Shown: in pieces, positions 1 through 13,845 of the stretch
Layout: each line of letters starts with the position of its first letter
Position numbering within the stretch: position 1 is the first letter of the stretch
Source of the DNA: Octopus sinensis
Taxonomy: Eukaryota
DNA length: 64,000 nucleotides
Direction: 5' to 3'
Assembly: GCF_006345805.1 (NCBI RefSeq)
Contig: NC_043002.1
Span: forward strand, 21,204,001 to 21,268,000
Program-made: the position numbers and the translations under genes
The notes under the pieces: generated by a model
Told to the model about the DNA's origin: nothing
Database searches by the model: none
Seen by the model: only the letters and a program-made list of their open reading frames with translations

Positions 1-611
1 CTGTGGGCTGCAAATTTGGTGTCAATGAATTTGCTATTTGTTCCATTTACAAAGTGCATAGAGATTTATCACTGTGCTTTTTGGAACCAAACCCCCTTGA
101 TAAGCAAAGATAGATGTAATATAATATATTGTAAGGAAGCATTGGTAAACTAAAGTTTTGTTATGAATATATAGGTGCAGGTGTGGCTGTGTACAGGTGC
201 AGGCATGGCTGTGTGGAAAGAAGCTTGCTTCCCAACCACATTTTTGTTTTTATTATTAACTAGCTTAAAAGTCGCACTTTGTGTGGACTTTTAAGCTAGC
301 TCCTGCAGAGGGCTAATTGGACTTGTGGCCCAAAACTAAAGAGAGCAATAATAATAAGGCATTTATTGGTACCCTACCAATATGGTATTTCTTTAAATTC
401 AGTTGAAATGAAAAACTTGTATGCTCACAAATTTTTGGAGTTCTTTTAAAATTTGAATTTTCAAATTATAACAAATTCTCATCTAGATCTGATCCCAATG
501 CTGGATGTTTAAGAACCAAATGAAGGGCAGATTTTCAACCTCAGGATCATTCCGATTTCAAAAAGATATAATATATCTATGTAGAGCAAATGTAGCCTGA
601 GATACAGGGGT

Positions 612-1202
612 CCTGGATGGCTGGCTGGCTGGCTGGATGGCTGTATGGATGAATGGAGGGATGGAGGGATGGATGGATGGACAGACGGATGGATGGATGG
701 ATGAATGGATGGATGGATGAATGGATGGATGGATGGATGGATGGATGGATGGATGGATGAATGGATGGATGGATGGATGGATGGATGGATGGATGGATGG
801 ATGGATGGATGGATGGACAGACGGATGGATGGATGGATGAATGGATGGATGGATGGATGGATGAATGGATGGATGGATGGATGGATGGACAGACGGATGG
901 ATGGATGGATGAATGGATGGATGGATGGATGGATGAATGGATGGATGGATGGATGGACAGACGGATGGATGGATGGACAGACGGATGGATGGATGATGAA
1001 TGGATGGATGGATGGATGGATGACTGGATGGATGGATGGCTGAATGGATGGATGGCTGGATGGATGGAGGGATGGATGGATGGATGAATGGAGGGATGGA
1101 TCGATGGATGGATGGATGGATGGATGATGGATGGATGGATGGACGGACAGATGGGTGGATGGATGAATGGATGGATGGATGGATGGATGGATGAATGGAT
1201 GG

Positions 1203-1238
<36 letters not shown>

Positions 1239-1612
1239 ATGGATGGATGGATGGATGGACAGACGGATGGATGGATGGATGGATGGATGAATGGATGGAT
1301 GGATGGACAGACGGATGGATGAATGGATGAATGGATGGATGGATGGATGGATGGATGAATGGATGGATGGATGAATGGATGGATGGATGGACAGACGGAT
1401 GGATGGATGGATGAATGGATGGATGGATGGATGACTGGATGGATGGATGGTTGAATGGATGGATGGATGGATGATGGATGGATGGATGGATGGGTGGATG
1501 ACTGGATGGATGGCTGAATGGATGGATGTATGGATGGATGACTGGATGGATGGATGCTGGATGGATGGATGGATGGAGGGATGGATGGATGGATGAATGG
1601 ATGGATGGAAGG
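612..1612 (+). repeat. (GGAT)n degenerate tetranucleotide array, about 1 kb
   Basis: direct reading; source of the spurious MDGW/HPSI ORFs. Confidence 0.97.
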
Positions 1613-1727
1613 ACAGACAAAATTTCACGTTTATTATCATAGATTTTTCTGTTGAGTCAAATACAATTCTGATTATGTAAAAGAAAGGAAGCTGGATTGA
1701 TGAATTTCAAATTTGGTTTTGTTTCAG

Positions 1728-1819
1728 ATCAGGAAAAGTTCATGAAGTTTTCCAGACATGGACTCCAACAATGAAACAACATTGGTGCCTGGATTTGGCC
1801 ATTGCCAAATTAGCATTAA
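1728..1819 (+). CDS. ARHGEF10: ARHGEF10/10L-like RhoGEF, internal exon (end of PH region): SGKVHEVFQTWTPTMKQHWCLDLAIAKLAL
   Basis: tttcag acceptor, a|gtatga donor; peptide aligns by eye with human ARHGEF10 FNTFTPAIKESWVNSLQMAKLAL; upstream exons are outside the window. Confidence 0.88.
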
Positions 1820-1876
1820 GTATGAAAAATCACACTTTTCTGCTTACTTTTTTTATATATATATATCCACATTTAT

Positions 1877-1921
<45 letters not shown>

Positions 1922-1938
1922 TACATACACCCATACTC

Positions 1939-1969
<31 letters not shown>

Positions 1970-3819
1970 TACATACACCCATACTCACACACACACACAC
2001 ACACACACACATTTATATGAGGAGATGAATAAGAGAAAATAGATTGAACAACATTTTTTATTTCATATCACTACAATTGTTTCAACATGCTTTTACACCC
2101 ATAATACATTGATGAGATAATATAATCAACATATTGTGTAATCACTATCCTCCATCAAAAGGGCAAAATGTGTTTTTCTGTTGGTTATTTTGAATATGCC
2201 CTTTGCTAAATCGTACTGTCATTTCACTCTACAGAAATAAATACACAATGCAGTGTGCCATTTTCAGCCTCGGATATATAATTTTTTTGCAAGTTTATTT
2301 TCTAGAGTGGGTGGAGATTATCGTTTACATAGCTCCAGTTACCTCAGAAAAACAACTTGCCAAAGACTATAAAAAGCCAAAATGAAACAAAATATTGAAC
2401 AGTCTGTTGAAGGCTGGCAGGCTGGAAAAATCACAGTTACCCCTCTTGTAAAAGTCTTAAGAAAAACATGTATTCTGCTAAAAAGTTTTGATTAATTCAG
2501 TTCAATGCTAAATGTTTTTATTATAACTTCACGTAAAAGCAAGCATTAATAAATATATATATATGTGTATACATACATGTGTATAATACGAATAACCACT
2601 AAGTGGACATCCAATATGCTAGAAGAAGATTTCCTATGATCTGACTACAAAGAAAAGAATATTCTCTAGAGAAATTCAGTAAACACCAGAACATAAGAGG
2701 GTAAGACAGATGAAAATATACAAAATATAGAATTAATCGTACACCAGTTTTGCCACTACCGATAATTACCGATAATTATATGCTAGGCTACTGGTTTTAG
2801 ATTGATATTAATTAAATTAATATTCAATTTATTACCCTCATTATTTAAATTTTATGTGTATATATGTATATATAGATGGGTTCTGGTGCCATGTAAAAAG
2901 AAATCATGCTGGTGCTATGTAAAAGCACCCAGTACACTTTGTAAAGTGGTATGCATTAGGAAGGGCATCTTGCTGAAGAAAGCATGCCAAAGATAGGCAT
3001 AGAGCCTGGGCAGTTCTTCAGCAGACCAGCTCTGGTCAAGCTGTCCAGCTTATGCCAGCATGGAAAATGGATGTTAAATGATGATGATGATGATAGTCAT
3101 ATATATTGTAATGTTATATTTGTCTTTCTTCTAAATTAATTTTGGCCTTATAGCATAAACAAAGAAGTGGTAGTGAGATGAAGAACATTTGCTTAACTAA
3201 GATAACTGTGTATATATTTAGATGTAATAGCACTACAGAGAAATCATGTATTTATAAGGTGGGAGTGTGAAAGTGAATAAGAAAGTATCAGGTTTGTGGT
3301 TATACAAAGCAGGAAGTTACGGAAAGGGGAAGGGGTGAATGTATTAAATTTTACATGGATGTTGAAGAAGAGAAAAGAAGAAAAATTATAGGTAAGTTAG
3401 AGGAGGACATATATATTAACTGCACAAGGAAAACTGCTGATGGCTACTTTAATAAAGTAGAGCACGAACATGTTTAAGATTCAATAATTTCAAGGTTTTA
3501 TTATTTTCTATTTTTATTTACTTGTTAATGTGAGAAAATAACGATTGTTTATCGGTAGTTTTCATTTCTCCTGTGAAATACATTTGAAGTAAACTTGTAA
3601 TACAAAATCTTTTGCACACACACACTTATATATACATATTCATCTATGTATGTATGTATGATGTATGTATGTATGTATGTATATATGTATGTATGTGCAT
3701 ATATATATATATATAGACATATTTAAGTATATTTACATCTCTCTACCTATGTATATATGTGTGTGTATATATATACTCATACATATACATATATATGTGT
3801 GTATGTATGTGTATCTGCA

Positions 3820-3862
<43 letters not shown>

Positions 3863-4063
3863 GTGTGTGTATATATTCACACACATATATACATATATAT
3901 GTATATACATACATATTCATATACATACATATATATATATATATATATACATATATATGTATATATACGTATATATACACAGACACACGCACATACACAC
4001 GCACACACACACACACACACACGCTCATACATATTTGTACACATCTCACTTTCTTCTTTCCAG

Positions 4064-4182
4064 GTCCACAAAACCAACCTGGCTGGGATGTACCTGTTTT
4101 AAACACCGATCAGCTGACTGAGAGCCTTTCTGCCTTCCACGTTAGTTCCTTAGCCATTGACGTGTCAACTCACATGAGTCAG
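4064..4182 (+). CDS. ARHGEF10: ARHGEF10-like exon: (S)[39 protein letters not shown]
   Basis: ttctttccag acceptor, cag|gtatga donor, phase 1 in and phase 0 out matching neighbours; GW motif as in human EENHMGWF. Confidence 0.88.
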
Positions 4183-4599
4183 GTATGATCAACGTGCTTG
4201 GACATTGATTACTTGTGTCTATCTTATATCTAACCTACTCCTCATCCTAGCTCCAAACATCATACAACGTACTACAAACTACAATCTCACTCTATTTCAA
4301 ACAATGCTCAACTTTCCTGTATCATCTGTTTGTTCTTATATTCTTTTATTCTTCCATTCTTTTGTATTCTTTTCTTTCTTTCAGCGATTAGTCTGTAGCT
4401 ATGGGGGGGGGGTACTTCTTTGAAGTCACCAAGGCAATGACTAGTGACCAAAACCTTTGGAAATATGCTGTGCTTGGAAAGACTCGGCAAGCCCAAGTGA
4501 GACCATAACCTCATGGCCTATGCTAGGGGTATAACCAGCCCACTTTTGTGTACTTTTCCTTCATTGGACACTAAACACTCTGCTTACGAAGACCTGTTG

Positions 4600-5075
4600 A
4601 GGCAAGTAAAATCGAAATCAAATTCGATGACTGGCTTCCGTGCTAGTGGAGCGCTAAGAGCACCATCTGAGCATGATCGTTGCCAGAGCGGCTAACTGGC
4701 TTCCGTGCCGGTGGCATGTGAAAAGCACCATTCGAGCGTGATCATTACCAGTGTTGCCTTACCGGCATTTGTGCCGGTGGCACATGAAGAAACATTTGAG
4801 TGAGATCGTTGCCAGTGCCACTGGACTGGCTCCTGTGCAGGTGGCACATAAAAAGCACCATTTGAGCATGGCCGTTGCCAGTGCCACCTGACTGGCCCTC
4901 ATGCCCACTACACTCTCAGAGTGGTTGGTGTTAGGAAGGCCATCCAGCTGTAGAAACTCTGCTAGATCAAGATTGGAGCCTGGTGCAGCCATTTAGTTCA
5001 CCAGTCCTCAGTCAAATCATCCAACCTATGCTAGCATGGAAAGCGGACGTTAAACGATGATGATAATGATGATGA
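4600..5075 (+). mobile_element. RTE-tail SINE family (ends ggacgttaaacgatgatg; internal ~65-bp tandem units)
   Basis: same sequence recurs at 9340-9680(-), 25805-26333(+), 35455-35650(-), 60793-61045(-). Confidence 0.75.
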
Positions 5076-5107
5076 TGATCTATCTATCTATCAATCTATC
5101 TACCTAC

Positions 5108-5170
<63 letters not shown>

Positions 5171-5264
5171 GCTGTCTGTCTATCTATCTATCTATCTACC
5201 TATCTATCTATCTATCTGTCTATCTATCTATCTATCTATCTGTTTATCTATCTATTTCTCTGTT

Positions 5265-5318
<54 letters not shown>

Positions 5319-5780
5319 CTATCTGTCTATCTATCTACCTACCTACCTACCTATCTATTTGTCTTTCTGTCGATCTCATATTCTACTTACTTTTCTGTCA
5401 ATGTATGTATCTGTCCTCTCTAACAAAATGGATAGACATTTGAATCAAATAACTAAAGCAAAAATTGATAAATAATTGCACTGCTCCAGCATGACCACAG
5501 TAATAGTAACATCCACAAATATTTTCTAAAGTTATTCTGCTTTGATTTAACTATATCTTGATATATCTAGCCATCCATCTTTCCGACTTCTATTCTGTCA
5601 ATGAATCTATCTAACCACATAGATACATCAACAGATTAAGAAATATTGAAATGGCTGAACATTAAAACTTGTAACAACAACTAAACTTTTATTTTTATTG
5701 CCTATCACAATAGTCTATTATATGAGGTTTAAAATCATGTAACTGCTTTCCACTCTCATGTTCCTTTCAATCAACACTCA

Positions 5781-5840
<60 letters not shown>

Positions 5841-6204
5841 CTCATTTCAACTATAAGCTCCTGCATCTAAACATGTTTATATCTCTATCTACTTTCTACC
5901 TCTTTCTTCAATTAACTAATCTCACAACATAAAGGCAATACTTTTGTCTTCCTTCTCAGTGCTAACACACTTTTCTCTCTCTTTTTGCCTCTCTATTTAA
6001 CTAACTACATGACAGTAACATTCAATCTTATAACTATTACTTTCCTCCTACCGCATGTTGTTAACATGTCCCATACACTCTTTTTCTCTCACTCATTGCC
6101 TCTCCCTTCAACACATCACATGACAGTGTAACACATTTGGCCTTAGTGTATTAATAGATAAGTATTAATAATGTTTTTCTTTTCCCCTCTCTCTCTCTTT
6201 GCAG

Positions 6205-6473
6205 CTTCAGTGTGCTGTCGGTGTCTATCTGCAGTCTTTTACTGGTTACGACATAAAAATCCCTCACATCTGGGTATGCAGCAACATTGCTGATACTGGT
6301 GGTCAAGTGTCCATTATATCAGTGCAGACAGGCTGCAGTTCTGTCTATCTGAATGAAGCATTCCAGGCCACTGATTCAGCCATAACATGTGTGGAGAGTG
6401 TCGTAGGTAACAGCAGCCACGATGGTTGGGCCACATCCATGGATACAGTCTGGATGGCAACTGAGGCATGCAA
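6205..6473 (+). CDS. ARHGEF10: ARHGEF10-like exon, start of beta-propeller: LQCAVGVYLQ...PHIWVCSNIADTGGQVSII...DTVWMATEAC(K)
   Basis: (ct)n-tttgcag acceptor, aa|gtgagt donor; matches KIECAAY...LWIGSCTHQMGQIAIV...ICVGTEEG pattern. Confidence 0.92.
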
Positions 6474-6838
6474 GTGAGTATCTTGACTCATTATCACCTC
6501 AGTACTTACTCTGTGCGTGCATGTTGGTGATGAGTGAAGCTGCATACATAAATTGGCATGGAAATTTTTATGAGTGCATAGATGTTTTGTGCATATATAA
6601 ATATTTACTGTGTGTGTAAAAGTCCATATGCATGTGTAAATGTGGTGTATGTCTATTCATATGTGTGTGTGTGTATGCATGCATGTGTATATATACATAC
6701 ATACATATATGTATATATATATATATATCTTGGCCTGTTCACTTAGCCAGCAGGGTTGCATCATTTTAAGGCTAAAACAATGCAAAGCACATTGTGACCA
6801 GTGATGTGTAGCAACATCTGATAACCTGGTCGGTCACA

Positions 6839-6886
<48 letters not shown>

Positions 6887-6900
6887 GAGAGAGAGAGACT

Positions 6901-7096
6901 ACATAACATATACTGAATGTAAAAACAAATGTGGGACAAATAGAAAGTCCATAGTTCTTCATCAGTTCTTGACCAATGGTAGTTTACAATTTTGCACAGG
7001 TGCAAAACTGAAAACTACAATTGGTCGATAACTGATGAAGAATTATGGACTTTCTATTTGTCTCACATTTGTTTTTACATTCAGTATATGTTATGT
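6901..7096. repeat. Foldback inverted repeat, 85-bp arms with 5 mismatches
   Basis: 6901-6985 is the reverse complement of 7012-7096; inner ttttgca-cagg-tgcaaaa stem. Confidence 0.85.
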
Positions 7097-7275
7097 CATA
7101 TGTTTACATATTTTTTCATTTATCAAGTAATGGAATGCAACATACACCGAATTTATATATATATATATATACACATGCACACATTCATATATATACATAT
7201 ACATATATATACATATATTTATACATATAAATGCATATATATATATTTGTATGGTATGTATATATATATGTATAT

Positions 7276-7371
<96 letters not shown>

Positions 7372-7866
7372 TGTATGTATGCATGCATGTATGTGTGTAT
7401 GTATGTATGTATTGTGTGTGTGTGTGTATTGTATGATTTTGCAGTGTATGTGTTGGTACATGTGTATAAATGCACTGTGCGTGTATGCATGTGTGTATGT
7501 CTGTGTGTGCGTGTGTGTGTGTAACGTACTGTTTCTGGATATGCATCAGTTATATACGTATATATATATATGAAACGTGGAGTAGATGAAACAGAGGCGG
7601 CTGAAGAAGGGGAATTTTCTTTGTGTTCTATGTCCTGTACTCTATTTTTTCGTTTAAGAAAAATGTCCATTTCCTTGGTTTTGTGTTTATGTTTTCGTTT
7701 CTCATTGTGTTCGACGTTTTTTTGGTGTCCTGTACCCATATATGCATGTATATATACATGTAGAGGTAGGTACATACATATATGTATGTATATATGCATA
7801 TGTTTTATTTATTAATTTGTTTTTATATGACTGAACATATGCATCCATTTCTAAGTAAGTTTGTTC

Positions 7867-7909
<43 letters not shown>

Positions 7910-8045
7910 CTAATTTGATATCTCTCACAAGGGGTACTCATTTCTAAACAGTGTCTACTTTTGTATATCTCTTTCCAAACCACTGATACCACTACTACCA
8001 ATACTATCACTACCACTGCCACCACCACCACCACCACCACCACAG

Positions 8046-8203
8046 AATGTACATCTATGGCTTGCAGATTTGTAAGAGCAAACAACGACAACCAATCAAA
8101 GTGTTTGATTTACCTGGCAAAGTTCTGCATCTGCTCTATGTTGGAGACAAAATATTTGCTGGCATGGATAATGGATCTGTTTTAATATTTGAAAGGAAAG
8201 CAG
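8046..8203 (+). CDS. ARHGEF10: ARHGEF10-like exon: MYIYGLQICKSKQRQPIKVFDLPGKVLHLLYVGDKIFAGMDNGSVLIFERKA
   Basis: cacag acceptor (phase 2 in), g|gtatgt donor; matches SLYAGLVNGAVASYAR repeat blade. Confidence 0.9.
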
Positions 8204-9710
8204 GTATGTTTGAAATTCCTTACTTACATCATCAGCATCACCATCATTATCGTATTTGTTGTCGTTGTCATCATTACCATCACAAGCATCATCAGTATCA
8301 TCATCATCATTATCATCATCACCATCATCATTGTCGCCATTATCGTCATTATCATCACCATTTTGGCCTCCGCCATCATTATCTGGCCCACAACCCATCA
8401 CTGCCACCACCACCACCACCACCACCACCACCACCACCACTACCACCACCACCACCACCACCACAACCTCCATGACCACCAGTACTACTATCTTCATCAT
8501 CCACCATCACCACCACTACCACCACCATTATTCATCATATTTATATCTGTTTTCCATGTTGGCATGGGTTAATTTGGTCATCATCAGCCCCTTTGCAGAG
8601 TTACTACCTTCCTAGCTGAATTAGGGGACTACTTCTCACTTGTAGTTTTCTTTTGCCATGGTCTCTATGGCTCAATGCCTTCGTAGCATTAACCATTTTA
8701 CAAACTATACTGGTTGCATTTAATCATAGCACCAGCCTAAGAAGTGAAGGCACGTAGCCTAGTGGTTACAATGTTTCATTCACGATTGCAAAATCATGGT
8801 TTCAATTCCCAGCCATGGCAGTGCATTGTGTTTTTGAGTTTGAGCAAAACAAAGTACATCATTGCTCCTGTCCACTCTGCTGTAATTGAGTACCTCTGTG
8901 ACAAACTGGCATTCTGTGCAGGATGAATGTTGTGATTTTGGTCACTTACTTGTCATGAAAACTGGCCTAAGTTCCAGAATATACAGGTCCTGCTTTGGGA
9001 AGTTTGTCATGTCTTTACTTTAACAAGACTTGGGAGTGGATTTTGTTGATATGTGTGTATGTATGTGTATATATATATATATATTAGAGGAAAAATAAAA
9101 ACCAATATATACATGCCATAATGGACCCCTAACACAGATCCCTAGATCTAGCCTTAGCGTTGACCTTAGAACCTAATGGTTGACCAATTGTAGCACTTAG
9201 CCAGCGTACCTATTTGTTTAGATCGCAAGTGAGCTAAATCCCTCATATTCTTCATATATATATATATGTATATGTATATAATAATAGTAGTAGGGAATAT
9301 AATTCCAAACTTACTGGGAAAATTTCAATTTAGCAATTCATCATCATCATCATCATCGTTTAACGTCCATTCTCCATGCTAGCATGGGTTGGACGGTTCG
9401 ACCGGGGATCTGGGAAGCCAGAAGGCTGCACCAGGCTCCAGTCTGATCTGGCAGTGTTTCTACAGCTGGATGCCCTTCCTAACGCCAAACACTCCGTGAG
9501 TGTAGTGGGTGCTTTTTACATGCCATCGGCACAGGTGCCAGGCGAGGCTGGCAACGGCCACGATCGGATTGGTGCTTTTTACATGCCACCGGCACGGAAG
9601 CCAGTCAAGGCGGCGCTGGCATCGGCCACATTCGGATGGTGGTTTTTACCAGTCTAGGTGGCACTGGCATCGGCCAATTCTAAATCAAATTTCACAATAT
9701 ATAATATATG

Positions 9711-9999
9711 TATATAATTTAGAGAAAAACTTCTATTAAGCAATTCAATAATGAAAGATGTTATTTACACCATATAGAAAAAATAAATATACTATAAAAG
9801 CCTAATTCTAAAAATCAATAAAGTACATAAACAATAAATAATAAATAGTAAATTGACTATGCGCATTACTATTTATTGTTTATGTACTTTATTGATTTTA
9901 AGAATAAGGTTTTTATAGTATAGTTATTTTTTCTATATGGTGTGAATAACATCTTTCAGTATTGAATTGTTTAATAGAGGTCTTTCTCTAAATTATATA
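9711..9999. repeat. Foldback inverted repeat, ~135-bp arms
   Basis: 9711-9850 vs 9867-9999 are reverse complements at roughly 90% identity. Confidence 0.8.
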
Positions 10000-10134
10000 T
10001 ATGTACACACACACACACACCACACACACACATATATATATACATGCATGCATACATACATACATAGGTACATGCATGCATACATACATACATACATACA
10101 TACATACATACATACATACATAAATTTATATTAC

Positions 10135-10328
10135 AAGATACAAATAAGACGATCATTTATTTTCAAATTCAGAAACACTGTTAGAACAGTAGAAATATTG
10201 GGTAAGTTTCCCTTACAAAGCTGTTTGTTGACAAATGTTTCCACTTTGTAAGGGTAATTTACCCAATATTTCACTGTTCTAACAGTGTTTCTGAATTTGA
10301 AAATAAATGATCATCTTATTTGTATCTT
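10135..10328. repeat. Foldback inverted repeat, ~85-bp arms
   Basis: aagatacaaataag...cccttacaaag vs ctttgtaaggg...cttatttgtatctt. Confidence 0.85.
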
Positions 10329-10366
10329 AGAGTACACATTTCAATGCTTAAAAAAAAACAAATGTT

Positions 10367-10768
10367 AGGCGCAGGAGTGGCTGTGTGGTAAGTAGCTTGC
10401 TTACCAACCACATGGTTCCAGGTTCAATCCCACTGTGTGGCACCTTGGACAGGTCTCTTCTACTATAGCCTCAGGCTGACCAAAGCCTTGTGAGTGGATT
10501 TTGTAGACGGAAACTGAAAGAAGCCTGTCGTATATATATATATGTATGTGTGTGTATATGTTTGTGTGTCTGTGTGTGTCCCCACAACATCGCTTGACAA
10601 CCAATGCTGGTGTGTTTATGTCCCCGTAACTTAGCGGTTCAGCAAAAGGGACCAATAGAATAAGTACCAGACTTACAAAGATAAGTCCTGGGGTCAATTT
10701 GCTTGACTAAAAGCGGTGCTCCAGCATGGCCACAGTCAAATGACTGAGACAAGTAAAAGAGTAAAGAG
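10367..10768 (+). mobile_element. tRNA-derived SINE family A (head ggcgcaggagtggctgtgtgg, central microsatellite, tail gaaacaagtaaaagag)
   Basis: A-box-like tggctgtgtgg and B-box-like ggttcaatccc; further copies at 21440-21835, 24350-24768, 34950-35375, 40181-40490, 41400-41645, 51385-51875 (+) and 54040-54425, 60505-60790 (-). Confidence 0.85.
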
Positions 10769-10812
10769 TATATATATATATACGTGTGAGTGTGTGTGTG
10801 TGTGTATATATA

Positions 10813-11293
10813 CAGTAATCCCTCACTGTACTGTGGTTCACCCATTGTGCCCTTAATACAGTGCGGATTTTTCTAGCTGATATATGTAAATTTATATCAT
10901 GGTTCCACAGTCTATTGTGGGTTTCAGCAGCCAATAGGTATTTATGTTTTTTTAGATTTTAATTATATCTGTGGCAAAATAAGCATTTTCACACTTAAAA
11001 ATTGATAAATTAATAAATAAAAATACAGTACAGTACTGCACTGTGAAACACATTAATTAAAATATATTAAAAGAAAATATGTAGTGTACCGCAAATGAGT
11101 AAACAAAGAATTGCACATACTGTATAGAAAACAAAACTTGGGAATTGAGTGTATGGTGTTGTTTTGCATTATTAATAAAATATATACAAATTATAAAAAT
11201 AATAAAAAAAATATACAGTACAGTACTGTTTCTACTTTGCAGATTTTCAGTTAGTTTTGGAATGTAACACCTGTGATAGTCAAGGAATTACTG
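10813..11293. mobile_element. pogo/Tigger-like MITE
   Basis: TA|cagtaatccctc ... aggaattactg|TA imperfect TIRs with TA target duplication. Confidence 0.7.
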
Positions 11294-12168
11294 TATATTA
11301 TAAATCTTATTTAATAGATTTCTGCTTTCACCAAATTCAATGGTTTGTTAGAAACTACTGTTTCAAGTTTGTAGATGGGGCATAAATCTTTTCAGGACTT
11401 ACTCATTCCACTCTGAATATTCAATATGAATTTGAATTCAACACAGAATTAAGAAAGCTCTAACAAAGTGCGTGTGTGTGCGTACATACATGAATACGTA
11501 TGTGTGTGTTAGCTTGTATGCATATATAGGCAGATACATATGTATAGATGGATGGGTGGAGACAGATATATGGACACACACGTTCTCTCTCTCTCTCTCT
11601 CCCTTTCACACATATTGTCAAATATGTGTGTGTTTGTGTGTATATGTTTCAATAAACATGCCAACTTATATGATGAATGTCAGACTGAAATCTCTTTAGA
11701 TGAAAAGCAAAGAATGATTAGAAGCAAACTAGTAAAGAATTTTTAGACTCAATATTATTGGCTATCAACAATTGAGAGTTTATACAGCCAAAGTAATTTC
11801 CTATTCATTCTAAATGTAAATCAAGCCATAAAAACAAATCCATTACAGGACATTAAAGTTCAAAATAAAATTTCACAGCTTATCATTGTTATTACTGAAC
11901 TATAAAATGTGCACGAAATTGACAATTAAACTGAAAATACATTCATTGTGCCCAGCCTGAATTATGAACATTATTCTGTGTTTGGGATATATGGTATGAG
12001 GAAAGAAAAAAAAAAGTGTTTTGAACGATTGTTATTAGTGAGTGTATTCCTCCCTATATAAGTCTTTGTTTTGTTATTTTTTTTTACCTCTAAATTGATC
12101 TTTATGCAATCGTTTACTTTTAAAATTTGTTTTCAATTTGATTACACATTACATTTACATTTCATAGC

Positions 12169-12206
<38 letters not shown>

Positions 12207-13077
12207 GAAAGAATGGAGTCGAACAACGATTTAACAAAATTCCTTTATTCTCGACATATGATTGTTCGACTCCATTCTTTCATTTATTTATAGTAAAAAA
12301 AACACATAAATTTCCACACGAAAGCACGTGATTTCTGCCCTTGGCATGTAGCTTCAACTGTGTTTTCTGACGTGAATTTGCTACCCGGGTATCGGTTAAC
12401 CGAATTATCCATACTAGGATAATTCATTCAACTTCTTATATATATATATATATATAAGGCAATGACTGATACGGCTTGGCACCAGTGATGTCACAACTCA
12501 TTTCTACAGCTGAGTTAACTGGAGCAATGTGGAAAGCACCAGTGGTGTGGAGAGGGGATGCTCGTATGCATGGGTGACTACTGGCCTTCCACAAACAACC
12601 TTGCGTGGACTTGTGCCTCAGTACATTTGCTTTTCATGATGGTTTTTACATTACATATGATACACAGATGCCTATTTTAATCTAATATTTCTTCAGTTTC
12701 ATATACCGTCACCATAATTCAACATCCATTTTCCATGCTGGCATGGTTTGGATGATTTGACAGGGACCAGCAAGCCAGAGAACAGCACCAAACTCTACTA
12801 TCAGGTTTGACATAGTTTCTTCAGCTGGACATCTGTCTTAATACCAACCACTTTACAGAATGTACTGGGTGCAAGCTGGCAGAAACATTAGCATGCCAGG
12901 TGAAATGCTTAGCAGTATTTCATCTGTCTTTACGTTCTGAGTTCAAATGCTGTCAAGGCTGGCTTTGCCTTTCATGCTTTTGTGGTCGAGGAAATAAGTA
13001 TCAGTCAAGCATTGGGGTTGATGTAATCGACTAGTCCCACTCCCCCAAAATTTCAGGCCTTGTGCCAGTAGCAAAAA

Positions 13078-13356
<279 letters not shown>

Positions 13357-13357
13357 A

Positions 13358-13793
13358 AGGTGGCGAGCTGGCAGAAACGTTAGTACGCCGGGCGAAATGC
13401 TGAGCAGTATTTTGTCTGTCTTTACGTTCTGAGTTCAAATTCTGCCAAGGTCGACTTTGCCTTTCATCCTTTCGGAGTCGATTAAATAAGTACCAGTTAC
13501 ACACTGGGGTCGATATAATTGACTTAATCCGTTTGTCTGTCCTTGTTTGTCCCCTCTATGTGTAACCCCTTGTGGGCAGTAAAGAAATAAGAAACGTTAG
13601 TACACCAGGCGAAATGCTTAGCAGTATTTCATCTGAGTTCAATTTCTGCCGAGATGGACTTTGCCTTTTTCCTTTTGGGGTCGATTAAATAAGTACCAGT
13701 TATGCACTGGGGTCAATATAATCAACTTAATCCGTTTGTCTTCCCTTGTTTTCCTCTCTGTGTGTAGTCCCTTGTGGGCAGTAAAGAAATAAG
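13358..13793 (+). mobile_element. Two tandem copies of tRNA-derived SINE family B (aaggcggcgagctggcag ... gtgggcagtaaagaaataag)
   Basis: B-box-like gagttcaaattc; further copies at 32393-32625, 39942-40170, 41720-42140, 53461-53692 (+) and 48432-48640, 58590-58790 (-). Confidence 0.85.
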
Positions 13794-13845
13794 AATGTAC
13801 TGGATGCTTTTACACAAATATATCTTTTTTATTTATCTATTGCAG

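Noticed and set aside
558-1640. 360-aa and 347-aa ORFs (HPSI/MDGW repeats)
   Set aside because: Translation of a (GGAT)n array, which has no stops in several frames
3665-4102. YI/CV/HT-rich ORFs here and throughout (7.0-7.8, 15.7-16.3, 23-24, 33.6-34.3, 35.9-36.3, 61.7-62.3 kb)
   Set aside because: Di-, tri- and tetranucleotide SSR artefacts; only embedded exon parts are real
7010-7045. GAAAAC...GTC-gataa-CTGATGA as a permuted hammerhead
   Set aside because: Only 5 nt between the cleavage triplet and CUGAUGA, a stem III mismatch, and no closing stem II
10367-10440. tRNA genes at SINE heads (families A, B, D, E)
   Set aside because: A- and B-boxes only; no cloverleaf, and each continues into SINE body sequence
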